NCBI GenBank assembly: GCA_963729625.1
Contig: CAVSOU010000010.1
Coordinates: 512,001 to 576,000, forward strand
Source of the DNA: an uncultured bacterium
Lineage (GTDB): Bacteria; Chloroflexota; UBA5177; JANWHV01
Length of the DNA stretch: 64,000 nucleotides
Reading direction: 5' to 3'
Shown: positions 53,505 through 62,967 of the stretch, piece by piece
How positions within the stretch are numbered: the first letter of the stretch is position 1
How the letters are laid out: the number at the start of each line of letters is the position of its first letter
The notes under the pieces: model-generated
What the model saw: only the letters and a program-made list of their open reading frames with translations
Told to the model about the DNA's origin: nothing
Databases searched by the model: none
Position numbers and translations under genes: made by a program

Positions 53505-56000
53505 ATGTCCACTCCGTTAGACGAGGCATTGGAGGCTCCGTTCCATGCCGACGATAGTAACCTGGCCGCCAGGTCCGAATCGGACACCGGCGAAACACCG
53601 ACACCGACGGCGCTAGCACCGGTTGCCCCCGGCGTTGAGCCGGACCAGTCTGAAGCCCATTCCGCATCGTCGCGTGTTCGGCGCTTTGCACCCAAGCGTT
53701 CCCGATCCGTCAAGCCTACCGATGACCGGCTCGCCGTCTCTCCGGCGGAGGCTTTCGTGACGCCGGCCGTTGCGGGAGATCATAGCCAGACGATTGCGGA
53801 TGAGGTCGGTAGCGGCGTATCTGCAGTTGCCGCGCGTCTCGATGCACGGCAGGCGGACCGGCATGTTCCTGACGCCGCGCCGCAGGTCGCTTCAGGCAAT
53901 ATCCCAGGCCACGCCACCACGCAACATGCCCTCGTTGATCCGGGGGTCGTTCAGACCCCGGCCCGGACCACCCGGCCTTCGCGCTCGCGTTCGCGACAGC
54001 CCAGGGCAGGAGCAGCCGCGGTTCACGCCACGTTGCCCGATGTTTCAGCACCTGCCCGGCCGGAGGTTCAGCTATCGGCTGAGCACTCCCAGGCGGCTAG
54101 CGCCACAATTGAGCTTTTGCGTGACCCGCGCCCCGAAACCGCCGACATTGCTGGAGGCGCCCATGCTCCCTCGTTGGCCGTGAGCGTTGAGCCAGCGGCC
54201 GTGCATGGTGAGGTCACGTCCACGCTAGCCACTGATAGCGAGCAGGGAGCTACGGACGCTGCGCTGACTAGCGCGAAGCGCCCGCCTCGCAGACGTTCGC
54301 GCGCGAGAGGTTCACGCAAAGCGGGCAGCGTCGTTCCGAACGAGTCGGCGCCCGTTGAAGCTCCCGAAGCGGAGCCGCCGGCGCCGTCGACTGACCTGCT
54401 GGCCGACGATGCGCTGTCCGAGCAGATTGGCGTCTCCACGGCCAGTAACCTCGACGTCACGACCACGGACCAAGCTGAGCCGCGCGTGCTAGATAAGCAG
54501 GCATCGACGCGGCCGCCTCGTTCCCGGCGCCCGCGGCGCCGGACGCCGTCCGGGGCCAGTCAGCCGGCAACGCCGACCAGCAACGTCGGTCAGGACGACG
54601 CGGTCGTCGTCGATTCAGCCGCGTCGGGCGATTTCATCGCCAGCGCGGAAGCGACCCTGGAGGAGCCGTTCTTCCTGACTGCACCCGGTGGCGAGGTCGA
54701 TGGAGCCGAGGCGTTAGCCCGGTCACTCCTCGACATGTTCCCTCCCATCGAAGAGATCCAGGCTGTGGTTGACGGTGAGACGGGCCTGGAGCAGGCGTTG
54801 CCCCACGAACTCGATGGGCTGGACGAAGCCGTCGAGTCAGAGTCCATACCGGGTGATGACGTCCCTACGAGCTCGGCGATCTCGTCTGATGTGGAGGAGG
54901 ATTCCGGCTCGGATGCCGCGCGCCGCCGCGGACGCCGAGGTCGTCGAGGCGGACGAGGTAGGAGGCGCGGGGCACTGCACGTAATTCCGGATACAGAGAC
55001 CGCCACCGAGCCGGCCGATGCGCCTTTGGCAGCCGAGGCTCTGGTGCCTCGGCCGGAGGCGCCGATACAGAACTATGCGGATTTGTTTACGCCGGATGTG
55101 AGCGGACGGATCGAGCGGCCCTGGCGCGAGCGTGGCCCGCAGCGGCGCTGGGGGCGCACGTTCCCGCGAAGCGCGCAATCAATCGCCATGCCGCCGCCCA
55201 AGCCCAGCCAGACTGGGCGCTTTGCGCCCATTCCGCAAGCCGTCGCACCGTCGCTGATCTCGCAACCAGTGCAACCGCTGGTAGCGCGGGCGGCGCCGCT
55301 GATTGAGCTGCCCAGTCTGCGAACCGACGAGCCTTTGGCGCCTGGGGAGAGCAGGACCGAGCGCTTGCTGGACATTCAGAATCAATTGCTGCGCGCGATG
55401 ATAGAGGGCCAATCTCGCCAGATCGAGTCGCTGACCGCTAACGTCGACGCACTCCATCAGGCCGTTCGGGATCTGGCGGCCGGCGCGGGCGCGCGCGCGT
55501 TCAAGCCCAAGACCGCCATCTTCGTCGATGCACCCAATGTCTGCTACGCGGCAGCCAATGCGCGTGTCAACCTCGATTTCGGGCGCATGCTCAAGTATCT
55601 GTCGCGCGACCGCCATCTCGTTCACGCCTTATCCTACTCGCCGATCATCGACGATGTGCGCGAGGGTATCCGATACGAGACGCAAAGATTCGTCGCGCCG
55701 TTCCTGCGAACCGGATACAAGCTGATCACAAAGCCGTTAAAGCGCTTCTCGGACGGCAGCGCAAAGGGGAACTTCGATCTCGAGTTGGCGCTCGATATCT
55801 TGACCATGGCTGAACGCCTCGACGTCGTCGTATTGGTGTCTGGTGACAGCGATTTCGAGTGCGTCATCGAGCACATCCAGCAGAGAGGCGTGCGTGTGGA
55901 AGTCGTAGCCTTCGCCTCCAACGTCTCAACCGAGTTGGTGAATATCGCCGACTCGTTCATCGACATCATGCAGCACGTCGAACATTTCAAGGCGCTCTAG
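53505..56000 (+). CDS. NYN (LabA/DUF88, PIN-fold) nuclease with ~660-aa disordered N-terminus
   Basis: AGGAGG RBS; C-terminal IFVDAPN, KGNFDLELALD, LVSGDSDF, GVRVEV, ADSFID. Confidence 0.9.
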   Translation: MSTPLDEALEAPFHADDSNLAARSESDTGETPTPTALAPVAPGVEPDQSEAHSASSRVRRFAPKRSRSVKPTDDRLAVSPAEAFVTPAVAGDHSQTIADEVGSGVSAVAARLDARQADRHVPDAAPQVASGNIPGHATTQHALVDPGVVQTPARTTRPSRSRSRQPRAGAAAVHATLPDVSAPARPEVQLSAEHSQAASATIELLRDPRPETADIAGGAHAPSLAVSVEPAAVHGEVTSTLATDSEQGATDAALTSAKRPPRRRSRARGSRKAGSVVPNESAPVEAPEAEPPAPSTDLLADDALSEQIGVSTASNLDVTTTDQAEPRVLDKQASTRPPRSRRPRRRTPSGASQPATPTSNVGQDDAVVVDSAASGDFIASAEATLEEPFFLTAPGGEVDGAEALARSLLDMFPPIEEIQAVVDGETGLEQALPHELDGLDEAVESESIPGDDVPTSSAISSDVEEDSGSDAARRRGRRGRRGGRGRRRGALHVIPDTETATEPADAPLAAEALVPRPEAPIQNYADLFTPDVSGRIERPWRERGPQRRWGRTFPRSAQSIAMPPPKPSQTGRFAPIPQAVAPSLISQPVQPLVARAAPLIELPSLRTDEPLAPGESRTERLLDIQNQLLRAMIEGQSRQIESLTANVDALHQAVRDLAAGAGARAFKPKTAIFVDAPNVCYAAANARVNLDFGRMLKYLSRDRHLVHALSYSPIIDDVREGIRYETQRFVAPFLRTGYKLITKPLKRFSDGSAKGNFDLELALDILTMAERLDVVVLVSGDSDFECVIEHIQQRGVRVEVVAFASNVSTELVNIADSFIDIMQHVEHFKAL

Positions 56001-56297
56001 GTCGGAAGCCAGGCATGGCAGTATACCGCCTTGCCTGGCGCCGCAGCCTGGTCCTGTATGATTTCGCCGTGGGGCAGCATCGGCCCAGGTGAGAACGGCT
56101 TCGCAATAGTCGACGCCGTGACATGCCGTTTTCAAGTCGCTGACCGAACGCTCGCATGCCTGAGCTACCCGCGCCCCACGACTGCCAATCGCCGAGCAAC
56201 CTCGCCGCTTAACGGCTCGATAGCATCGGCCACTTGCCGTGCACGTACGAGCACTTCAGGGTGCTTGGCCCGCCACATGGAATTGCAGTCTTCCTCG

Positions 56298-57188
56298 TCA
56301 GGTGCCCGGAGCGGCGCCGCCCTGAAGACCGACAGCCTCGGCAAAACGGCGGAGCGCCGCCAGGTGGGCGGTTGGCGTCGCGAAGCCGCAGTCGGTGGTC
56401 TGCACAACGCCGTGAGTGGCACCGGCCGTCTGCCAGTCCCGCAGTAACTGCTGCCACACCGCCGGATCCCCCGCGCCATACGGAATGCGCGCTTCCAGGC
56501 CCACATCGGCGCGGCTCCGCCCAGCTTCCGCAAGGGAGCGGTCCAGCAGCTCCAGACCGGGCCGTCCCTCCTGGGCGCTGGTGTGGAGCGGCATCCAGCC
56601 ATCGCCCAGTCGCGCCACGCGCCGGATTGCAGCCTCGGACTGGCCGCCGAACCACAGCGGGATCGGCCGCTGCACTGGAAGCGGGCTCGACCCGGCGTTT
56701 CGCACGTTGTGCCAGCGGCCGTGATAGTCTACCGACTCCTGGGTCCACAGTTGCCGAAGGAGCCGCACCTGTTCCTCCACGCGCTGCCCGCGCGTGTGCA
56801 TATCGGCGCCCATCGCTGCATACTCGAACTCGTTCCAGCCGAGACCCAACCCCAGCCGCAATCGCCCGCCGCTCAGGATATCCAGGGTAGCGGCTTGCTT
56901 GGCCACCAGCACCGTCTGGCGCTGCGGCAGCAATAACACCCACGTGCTGAATGCCAGCCGACGGGTCACCGCCGCCATGAAGCCGAAGAGCACTAACGGC
57001 TCATAGAAAGCGGTCGTGTTGGTCACCCAGCCCGTCCAGCCGCCGGGTCGATTGGGGTTCGGTCCAATGACATGGTCGTCTGCAGCGACGTGGCTGAAGC
57101 CCAGCGCCTCGACCGTTTGCGCGTAGTCGCGCACGGCGGCGGGATCGGTGCCGAACTCGACATGGGGGAAGACAACGCCGATCTTCAT
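56298..57188 (-). CDS. LLM class, probably F420-dependent, oxidoreductase
   Basis: MKIGVVFP, DHV, EPLVLFGFMAA, PQRQTVLVAKQAATLD.LSGGR, GLGWN..E, GDGW. Confidence 0.9.
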   Translation of the reverse strand: MKIGVVFPHVEFGTDPAAVRDYAQTVEALGFSHVAADDHVIGPNPNRPGGWTGWVTNTTAFYEPLVLFGFMAAVTRRLAFSTWVLLLPQRQTVLVAKQAATLDILSGGRLRLGLGLGWNEFEYAAMGADMHTRGQRVEEQVRLLRQLWTQESVDYHGRWHNVRNAGSSPLPVQRPIPLWFGGQSEAAIRRVARLGDGWMPLHTSAQEGRPGLELLDRSLAEAGRSRADVGLEARIPYGAGDPAVWQQLLRDWQTAGATHGVVQTTDCGFATPTAHLAALRRFAEAVGLQGGAAPGT

Positions 57189-57537
57189 CGATGCTCCTCA
57201 CACCTGTATCCATTGTGTTGGTAGCGCCTCGGGAAGGCGCCTGGTACATGGTAGCGCGGTGTAGCGCCAATTGGTCGTGCCATCTGCCGGGTACGGGTGT
57301 ACCTCGCGATTGTCGTGGACGCCTGGGGTCTCGCGCCACCTCGCCAATGCGGCCCCACCCAGTCTTCCTGATTACTGCCGCCAGACAAGCCTGCCACTAT
57401 CGCTCCTTGAGCGTCGCTCCCATCACGTCGTATGCTGCTTGCGCCTCGTGCTCTTCCACAGTCTGGGCATAGCACATCAATCGCCGCTAACGTGGAGTAG
57501 ATCGCTCATTGGTCGATTGATCACGGTTGACGTCGAA

Positions 57538-58620
57538 TCAGCAAGCTGCCGAGGGCACCATCGCGCCGCAAGACCCACGCACCACGAGGTGTGTGTAAAG
57601 CAGGGTCTTGGTCGGCATGACCGATTCGCCACGAAGCAGTGCCAGGAGCCGGCGCACGGCCTCCCTGCCCATCTCGGCCCGAGGCACGCTGACCGTGGTC
57701 AGTGGAGGCGTCGTGTGTGCGCTTTCCAGCACGTCGTCGATGCTCACCAATGCCATATCCCTTGGTATCTGCAGGCCCCTTTCCTTCAGCGCCTCCAGCG
57801 CGCCAAATGCGGTCTTGTCGCTGATGGCCACAACTGCAGTCGGAGGGTGTTCGGTATCCAGAAGTCCTTGCATCTGCTGGTAACCCTTCTGCCCGCCAGC
57901 ATGAGGCGTTGGCACGGGCATCAGCAACTGATCTGCCGGGATCTCGTGCTCGCCTAGCGCATCCAGGTATCCCTCCTGGCGATCGACCAGGCTGCGATAC
58001 TTTCGCGGGCCGCGAAGCAGTCCGATACGCGTGTGGCCGAGTTGGAGCAGATGTCGGGTGGCCAAGTAGCCGGCAGTCACGTTGTCGGCAACGACGCAAT
58101 GCAGTGGCTGATCGACGACATAGTTATCGACCAGCACAGCGGGAATGCTGCTGGCCACCAATCTGCGAATCGCGCCCTCAGTCAAGTCACCGCCGTTCGC
58201 TAGAATCAAACCGTCGGTCTCGCCGCGCAGGCTGTTGAGCAAGGAGTCCACACCTGACTCTCCGCCTTCCAGCAGATTGAGCATGACGCGATGGCGTTGG
58301 CGCTGCGCTTCGGCCTGTATACCCTGCAGGACCTCGGAATAGAAGATGTCGCGCTCGATCGGCTGAACCAGCTGTTCGGTGATGATGGAGAAAGTGTACC
58401 TATCGTCATCGCGGCGCAGCCGTGGACGCTGGACGTAGCCCAGCTGGTGCATTACAGCGAGGGTGCGTGCCCGAGTCTCGTTGCTGACCCCCGGACGACC
58501 TGTGGCGACGAGGGACACTGCTGCAGCCGACACGCCCGCAGCACGCGCGACATCGCGCATGCTTGGGCGGCGTCCGTGCATCAGCACCTGTTGTTCCACC
58601 TCATCCGACTTGGCACGCAT
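57538..58620 (-). CDS. LacI family transcriptional regulator
   Basis: SMRDVARAAGVSAAAVS HTH; HLLQLGHTRIG, IPRDMALVSIDD, PPLTTV, LVVRGS. Confidence 0.94.
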   Translation of the reverse strand: MRAKSDEVEQQVLMHGRRPSMRDVARAAGVSAAAVSLVATGRPGVSNETRARTLAVMHQLGYVQRPRLRRDDDRYTFSIITEQLVQPIERDIFYSEVLQGIQAEAQRQRHRVMLNLLEGGESGVDSLLNSLRGETDGLILANGGDLTEGAIRRLVASSIPAVLVDNYVVDQPLHCVVADNVTAGYLATRHLLQLGHTRIGLLRGPRKYRSLVDRQEGYLDALGEHEIPADQLLMPVPTPHAGGQKGYQQMQGLLDTEHPPTAVVAISDKTAFGALEALKERGLQIPRDMALVSIDDVLESAHTTPPLTTVSVPRAEMGREAVRRLLALLRGESVMPTKTLLYTHLVVRGSCGAMVPSAAC

Positions 58621-59118
58621 CTAAACACTCCATCACACAGCCCCTGCGGAGACATAGTACTGCTTGACTGCAGACTCCAGCAATCAGCCCCCTCGCCCCC
58701 GCCCCACGAGCGCTTCCGCCAACCCGTCGACCTTAACATTACCACATTTGTGGGCGAGTGTTTAGTAGTGGAGGCGATGCCTGATCACTGTGCGCACTGT
58801 GCTCGCCCGGCCCGGCCTGCTGGAGGCACGGCCGTTGCATCGAGCACGGTACCCCGCCCAGGGCCAGGGCTTACTCAGATATAGCGTGCTGTGGTCTGGA
58901 CCACGTTGCCGATGGCGGCCTGAGAGCGGCCGCGGGAAGTGTCGATGGCTTACGCGCACAGCTGACGAAGATGCATCAAACTGGTCGGGCGTTGGACAAA
59001 CCGCCTCCGTATCGACGCCAGAGACAGTCCCCTCAATGGAGTTTGCGTAAGCAGCGAACCGTGCGTGAGTATACTGAACAATCAGTTCGGCTTCAACGGA
59101 ACGCTAATGAACGACACC

Positions 59119-59147
59119 TTGACACCCACATGGCCGGATGCTATGCT
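59119..59147 (+). promoter_or_regulatory. sigma70-like promoter for the sugar ABC operon
   Basis: TTGACA-17 nt-TATGCT with TG extension. Confidence 0.7.
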
Positions 59148-59334
59148 CGTCTCAGAAACCCGGGGATCGGCTCGTTTCACTGTATGCAGATGCCATGCAA
59201 GGTCCCCGCCTCAGAGAGGAGGTGAGCCGACCGCAGCACCTACAGGTTCACGGCTTCGAGGAATGATCTGGCGGTGTTATCGTGGCTTGTCTTTGGCACA
59301 ACGCAAAGTGCCGACCAGACGCAAAAGGAGTGAT

Positions 59335-60711
59335 ATGGACCGCGCAGCAACCACTACGCCGGATGCGAAGAAGATCGAGCGCAAGACATTTCTCAAAGGC
59401 GCCGTAGCCACTGCCGCGGCGGTAGCAGGATCCGGCGCGGCGACCGGGATCGCGAAAGCTTCGCCACGCGTCGAGGTAATCAGCTCGGCGCCGACCGGCG
59501 AAGCCCTTATCTGGATAAATACAAACCTGTTCACTGACGCGCAGGTGGCGGCCTTCAACAAGCGCTATCCAGGCGTCACGATCAAGCAGCAGAAGACGAC
59601 CTATGTCCCCGGCACGCCGAGCCTGTCGTCGCACCTGGTGACGGGAGTGGATGTCCCGGACGGCATCTTCTTCATGGAGGACGCGTACCTCGGGCAATTC
59701 GCCCCGAATCTGTATGACGTTGCCCCGTTTGTGAAGCCCTATGCGAGCAAGGTCGCTCCCTTCAAGCTGGCCGTCACCAAGCAGTTGGGCAAGCAGGTCG
59801 GCATTCCCTGGGACATCTGTCCGGTTTACCTGATCCACAACATGGACATCCTTAGCCAGGCGGGCGTCGACGTGACCAAAATCGTCACCCACGACGATCT
59901 CATCGCCGCGGCGCAGGAGATTAAGGCCAAGGTGCCGACCTGCAAGACGCCGATTGGCTTTGGCTCCGATGCGGCTCACGTGCAGATGCAGGTCGAGGCC
60001 ATGGTCTGGCAGCAGCACTCGGGCATCATCGACGCCAAGGGCAATCTCAATATCATGGCCCAGGAGTACACGAACGTCTTCCAGTACCTGGAGAAAGCGG
60101 CCAAAGCTGGGGTCATGGCAGAGCCTGCCCTCTTTACCACGCCCACGCTCTACAACACGTGGAACAAGGGCCAGGTGGCGATGATTATTTTCGCCGACTG
60201 GTGGTCGCACTGGAACTCGCCTGGCCTGAAGCCCCTGGTGGGCAAGATCGGCCTGGCCAAGCAGCCGGTGTTCACGCCCGGCAAGGACAGCCCCTATTCC
60301 ATCATGGGCGGCTCAGCCTACGTGGTGCCGCTGAAGGCCAAGAACCCTGCGGCTGGGGCCGTGTTCGGCACCTTCCAGCTCTTCGAGCCGGACGCGCTGA
60401 AGTTGGGCAACGCATCGCTCGTCTACTCGGCCGTCCTGCCGTCGGCCGAGGCGCTCTGGCCGTTGGTCGAACTGGATGCCATCCGCCACAAGGAGCTGCT
60501 CAGCCCCACGGTGCACGAGCATGACATGCTCGTGACGGCCGCGCTGGGCGCGCCGGCCAGCTACCGCTATCCGCCGTGGTACTCCCAGGCGTTCCCCTAC
60601 TACAGCCCGCCCGTGCTCAATCTCGTGAGGGGCAAGATCACTGCTGCGCAGTGTCAGCAGCAGGTTTACAACGACGTGCTGAACAAGGTGGTCAAGCGCT
60701 ATAACCCGTAG
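59335..60711 (+). CDS. carbohydrate ABC transporter substrate-binding protein
   Basis: AAGGAG RBS; Tat-like leader; AAFNKRYPGVTIK, GIPWD, GGSAYVVP; followed by two permeases. Confidence 0.88.
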   Translation: MDRAATTTPDAKKIERKTFLKGAVATAAAVAGSGAATGIAKASPRVEVISSAPTGEALIWINTNLFTDAQVAAFNKRYPGVTIKQQKTTYVPGTPSLSSHLVTGVDVPDGIFFMEDAYLGQFAPNLYDVAPFVKPYASKVAPFKLAVTKQLGKQVGIPWDICPVYLIHNMDILSQAGVDVTKIVTHDDLIAAAQEIKAKVPTCKTPIGFGSDAAHVQMQVEAMVWQQHSGIIDAKGNLNIMAQEYTNVFQYLEKAAKAGVMAEPALFTTPTLYNTWNKGQVAMIIFADWWSHWNSPGLKPLVGKIGLAKQPVFTPGKDSPYSIMGGSAYVVPLKAKNPAAGAVFGTFQLFEPDALKLGNASLVYSAVLPSAEALWPLVELDAIRHKELLSPTVHEHDMLVTAALGAPASYRYPPWYSQAFPYYSPPVLNLVRGKITAAQCQQQVYNDVLNKVVKRYNP

Positions 60712-61024
60712 CAACGATCTCCAATCAACGCGTGCCGTGCCGTATCATGTGATCCGGAGGCGTGGTCGAAGACTCACACCTCCGGATCACAACCCACGTC
60801 ATGACTCCATTGGTGGCGAATCGCAGAGGAACCTTCAGTGGCGTTCTTAGGCGGGAGCGCGTGGACGGGGCAGGTGCTCGCGCTCCCGGATGGTGGCGCT
60901 TCGGGGACGGACCTACCTGCGATGCCGGTAGGTCGTGACTCCAAAGTCGGCCGATTCGGGTGCTGGAGAGTTTCGGCTTCGCGAGATAGGTGTTGCCGAC
61001 CAGGCTAAGACAAGGCAAGCGGAC

Positions 61025-61954
61025 ATGACTGAACGCCAAAGCACAGCTCTCGCATCGCCCGCGCAGACAAGCGGCTATATGAGGCGCGTGCGCTTGATAC
61101 GCACGACCGCCCCGTACGTCTTCATCGCGCCGTTCTTCGCCATCTTCACGACGTTCTTCGCCTACCCTGTAGCCTACTCGTTCTACGTCAGCCTGCATAG
61201 CTACTCCGGCCAAGGCGTGATGAAATGGGTCGGCTGGGACAATTACAACTTTGCTCTTTCCGACAATTACTTCACGGGCGCCCTGCAGAATACTGGCTTT
61301 CTGTGGATGTCCGTGCCTATCACTATCTTGCTGGCGCTGATCATCGCGGTGATCTGGAACCGGCCGGGCATGCTCGGCCGCAGCGTCTTGCTGGTCATGT
61401 TCCTTCTACCCACTGTGATCTCCATCGTGGCAATCTCGGTAATCTTCCGTGTCCTCTACGATCCAACCGCGGGCCCGATCGACATGTCGCTGAGTTGGTT
61501 GGGAATACCGCCGGTGGACTGGCTCAACGACGACACGTCCGCCCGTTGTGGCCTGCTAATTCTGCGCGTGTGGGAGACCCTCGGCCTGGGCGTCCTATTC
61601 ATCGCCTCGTCGCTGCAGGCCATCCCCCAGGACTTCTACGACGCCGCCGCGGTCGACGGCAGTGGGCCGGTACGCACGTTCGTCTCTCTCACCGTGCCGC
61701 TGCTGGCGCGCACCATTCTGTTCCTTGCCGTTTGGTACACGCTTTCCGCCCTGAGTCTGTTCGCGGAGCCGTACCTAGTGATGAACCAGGGCGGCCCGGA
61801 CAACTCGACCCAGACGCTGGGCCTGTATCTCTTCCAAAAGGACATCAACCTCGATCTCGGCACTGCGTCCGCCGTCTCCTTCCTGACAACAAGTGTCATG
61901 GCGGTCATGTCGGTGCTGCTGTTCGTTGCGGCACGCCGCTGGACAAGAGACTAA
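61025..61954 (+). CDS. carbohydrate ABC transporter permease
   Basis: PYVFIAPFF, WVGWDNY, LQAIPQDFYDAAAVDG (EAA loop), GGP. Confidence 0.93.
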   Translation: MTERQSTALASPAQTSGYMRRVRLIRTTAPYVFIAPFFAIFTTFFAYPVAYSFYVSLHSYSGQGVMKWVGWDNYNFALSDNYFTGALQNTGFLWMSVPITILLALIIAVIWNRPGMLGRSVLLVMFLLPTVISIVAISVIFRVLYDPTAGPIDMSLSWLGIPPVDWLNDDTSARCGLLILRVWETLGLGVLFIASSLQAIPQDFYDAAAVDGSGPVRTFVSLTVPLLARTILFLAVWYTLSALSLFAEPYLVMNQGGPDNSTQTLGLYLFQKDINLDLGTASAVSFLTTSVMAVMSVLLFVAARRWTRD

Positions 61955-61979
61955 GCGGGAAGGATCGGGAGCACTGGAG

Positions 61980-62876
61980 ATGGCGGAGATGCAGGCGGCG
62001 ATGCGGAGGCGGACCCGGCGCGCGTGGCGTAGAGAACTGACGCCCAGCAGGCTCGGCGGCAGGCTTTTGCTGCTGCTGGCGTGGCTTATCGGCCTCGTCT
62101 GTGTCTTTCCCATCGTATGGACTGTTTTTGCCTCATTCCGCCCGGATTCGAGCTTCTTCGTCAACCCGTTCGGCATCAACGTGCACGAGCTGATGCTGGA
62201 CAATTACAAGAGCGCCTGGAATCAAGTCGACTTCGCCACCGGCTTCAAGAACAGTGCCGTGCAGGTGAGCATCATTTTAGTCACCACCCTGTTCTTCTGC
62301 CCTCTGGCCGGCTACGGCTTTGCGAAGTTCGAATTCCGTGGCAAGCAGTTCCTCTTCGGACTGATGATGCTCACACTCTTCTTCGTGCCGATCACGCAGT
62401 ACATCCCGCTGCTGCTCGAGCTGAACAACTTTGGCTGGCTCGATACGTACCACGGGCTGGTCATCCCGCTGCTGGTCAGCTCGCTCGGCATCTTCTGGAT
62501 GAACGGGGTGATCGCCGGCGTGCCGAATGAGCTGCTGCACGCGGCACGCGTGGACGGCTGCGGACTCTTCTCCACCTGGTGGCGCGTTATCATGCCCGTG
62601 ATCAGACCGGCGCTGGTGAGCCTCGGCATCGTCACCTTCCTCAACTCCTACAACGATTACTTCTGGCCTCTGCTCGTCGTGCCCGCGCTGCCCACGGTGC
62701 AAATCCAGTTGGGCGCGCTGCAGGCTTCCTTGCTCACCAACGCGCAGACCACCACTGGCAACTGGGGCGCGATGCTGGCCGGCAGTACCATCGTGTTCGC
62801 GCCTACGGTGATAGTCTTCCTCGTCATGCAGCGTTTCTTCCTGCGCGGCGTGCTGCAAGGCAGCATCAAGGAATAG
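61980..62876 (+). CDS. carbohydrate ABC transporter permease
   Basis: AGYGFAKFEFRGK, VPNELLHAARVDG, YNDYFWPL, QRFFLRG. Confidence 0.93.
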   Translation: MAEMQAAMRRRTRRAWRRELTPSRLGGRLLLLLAWLIGLVCVFPIVWTVFASFRPDSSFFVNPFGINVHELMLDNYKSAWNQVDFATGFKNSAVQVSIILVTTLFFCPLAGYGFAKFEFRGKQFLFGLMMLTLFFVPITQYIPLLLELNNFGWLDTYHGLVIPLLVSSLGIFWMNGVIAGVPNELLHAARVDGCGLFSTWWRVIMPVIRPALVSLGIVTFLNSYNDYFWPLLVVPALPTVQIQLGALQASLLTNAQTTTGNWGAMLAGSTIVFAPTVIVFLVMQRFFLRGVLQGSIKE

Positions 62877-62967
62877 GTGCCTGGTGCCATCGCGGTCGTC
62901 TTGACGCGTGGTACGGCACGGGAACCCTCCCGAGAAGAGATCAGGGGATGGAAAAGGCGGAAGCGTG

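Noticed and set aside
56001-57537. Short ORFs flanking the LLM gene (e.g. MWRAKHPEV..., 57185-57475)
   Set aside because: No clear RBS or motif; possibly remnants, but unsupported.
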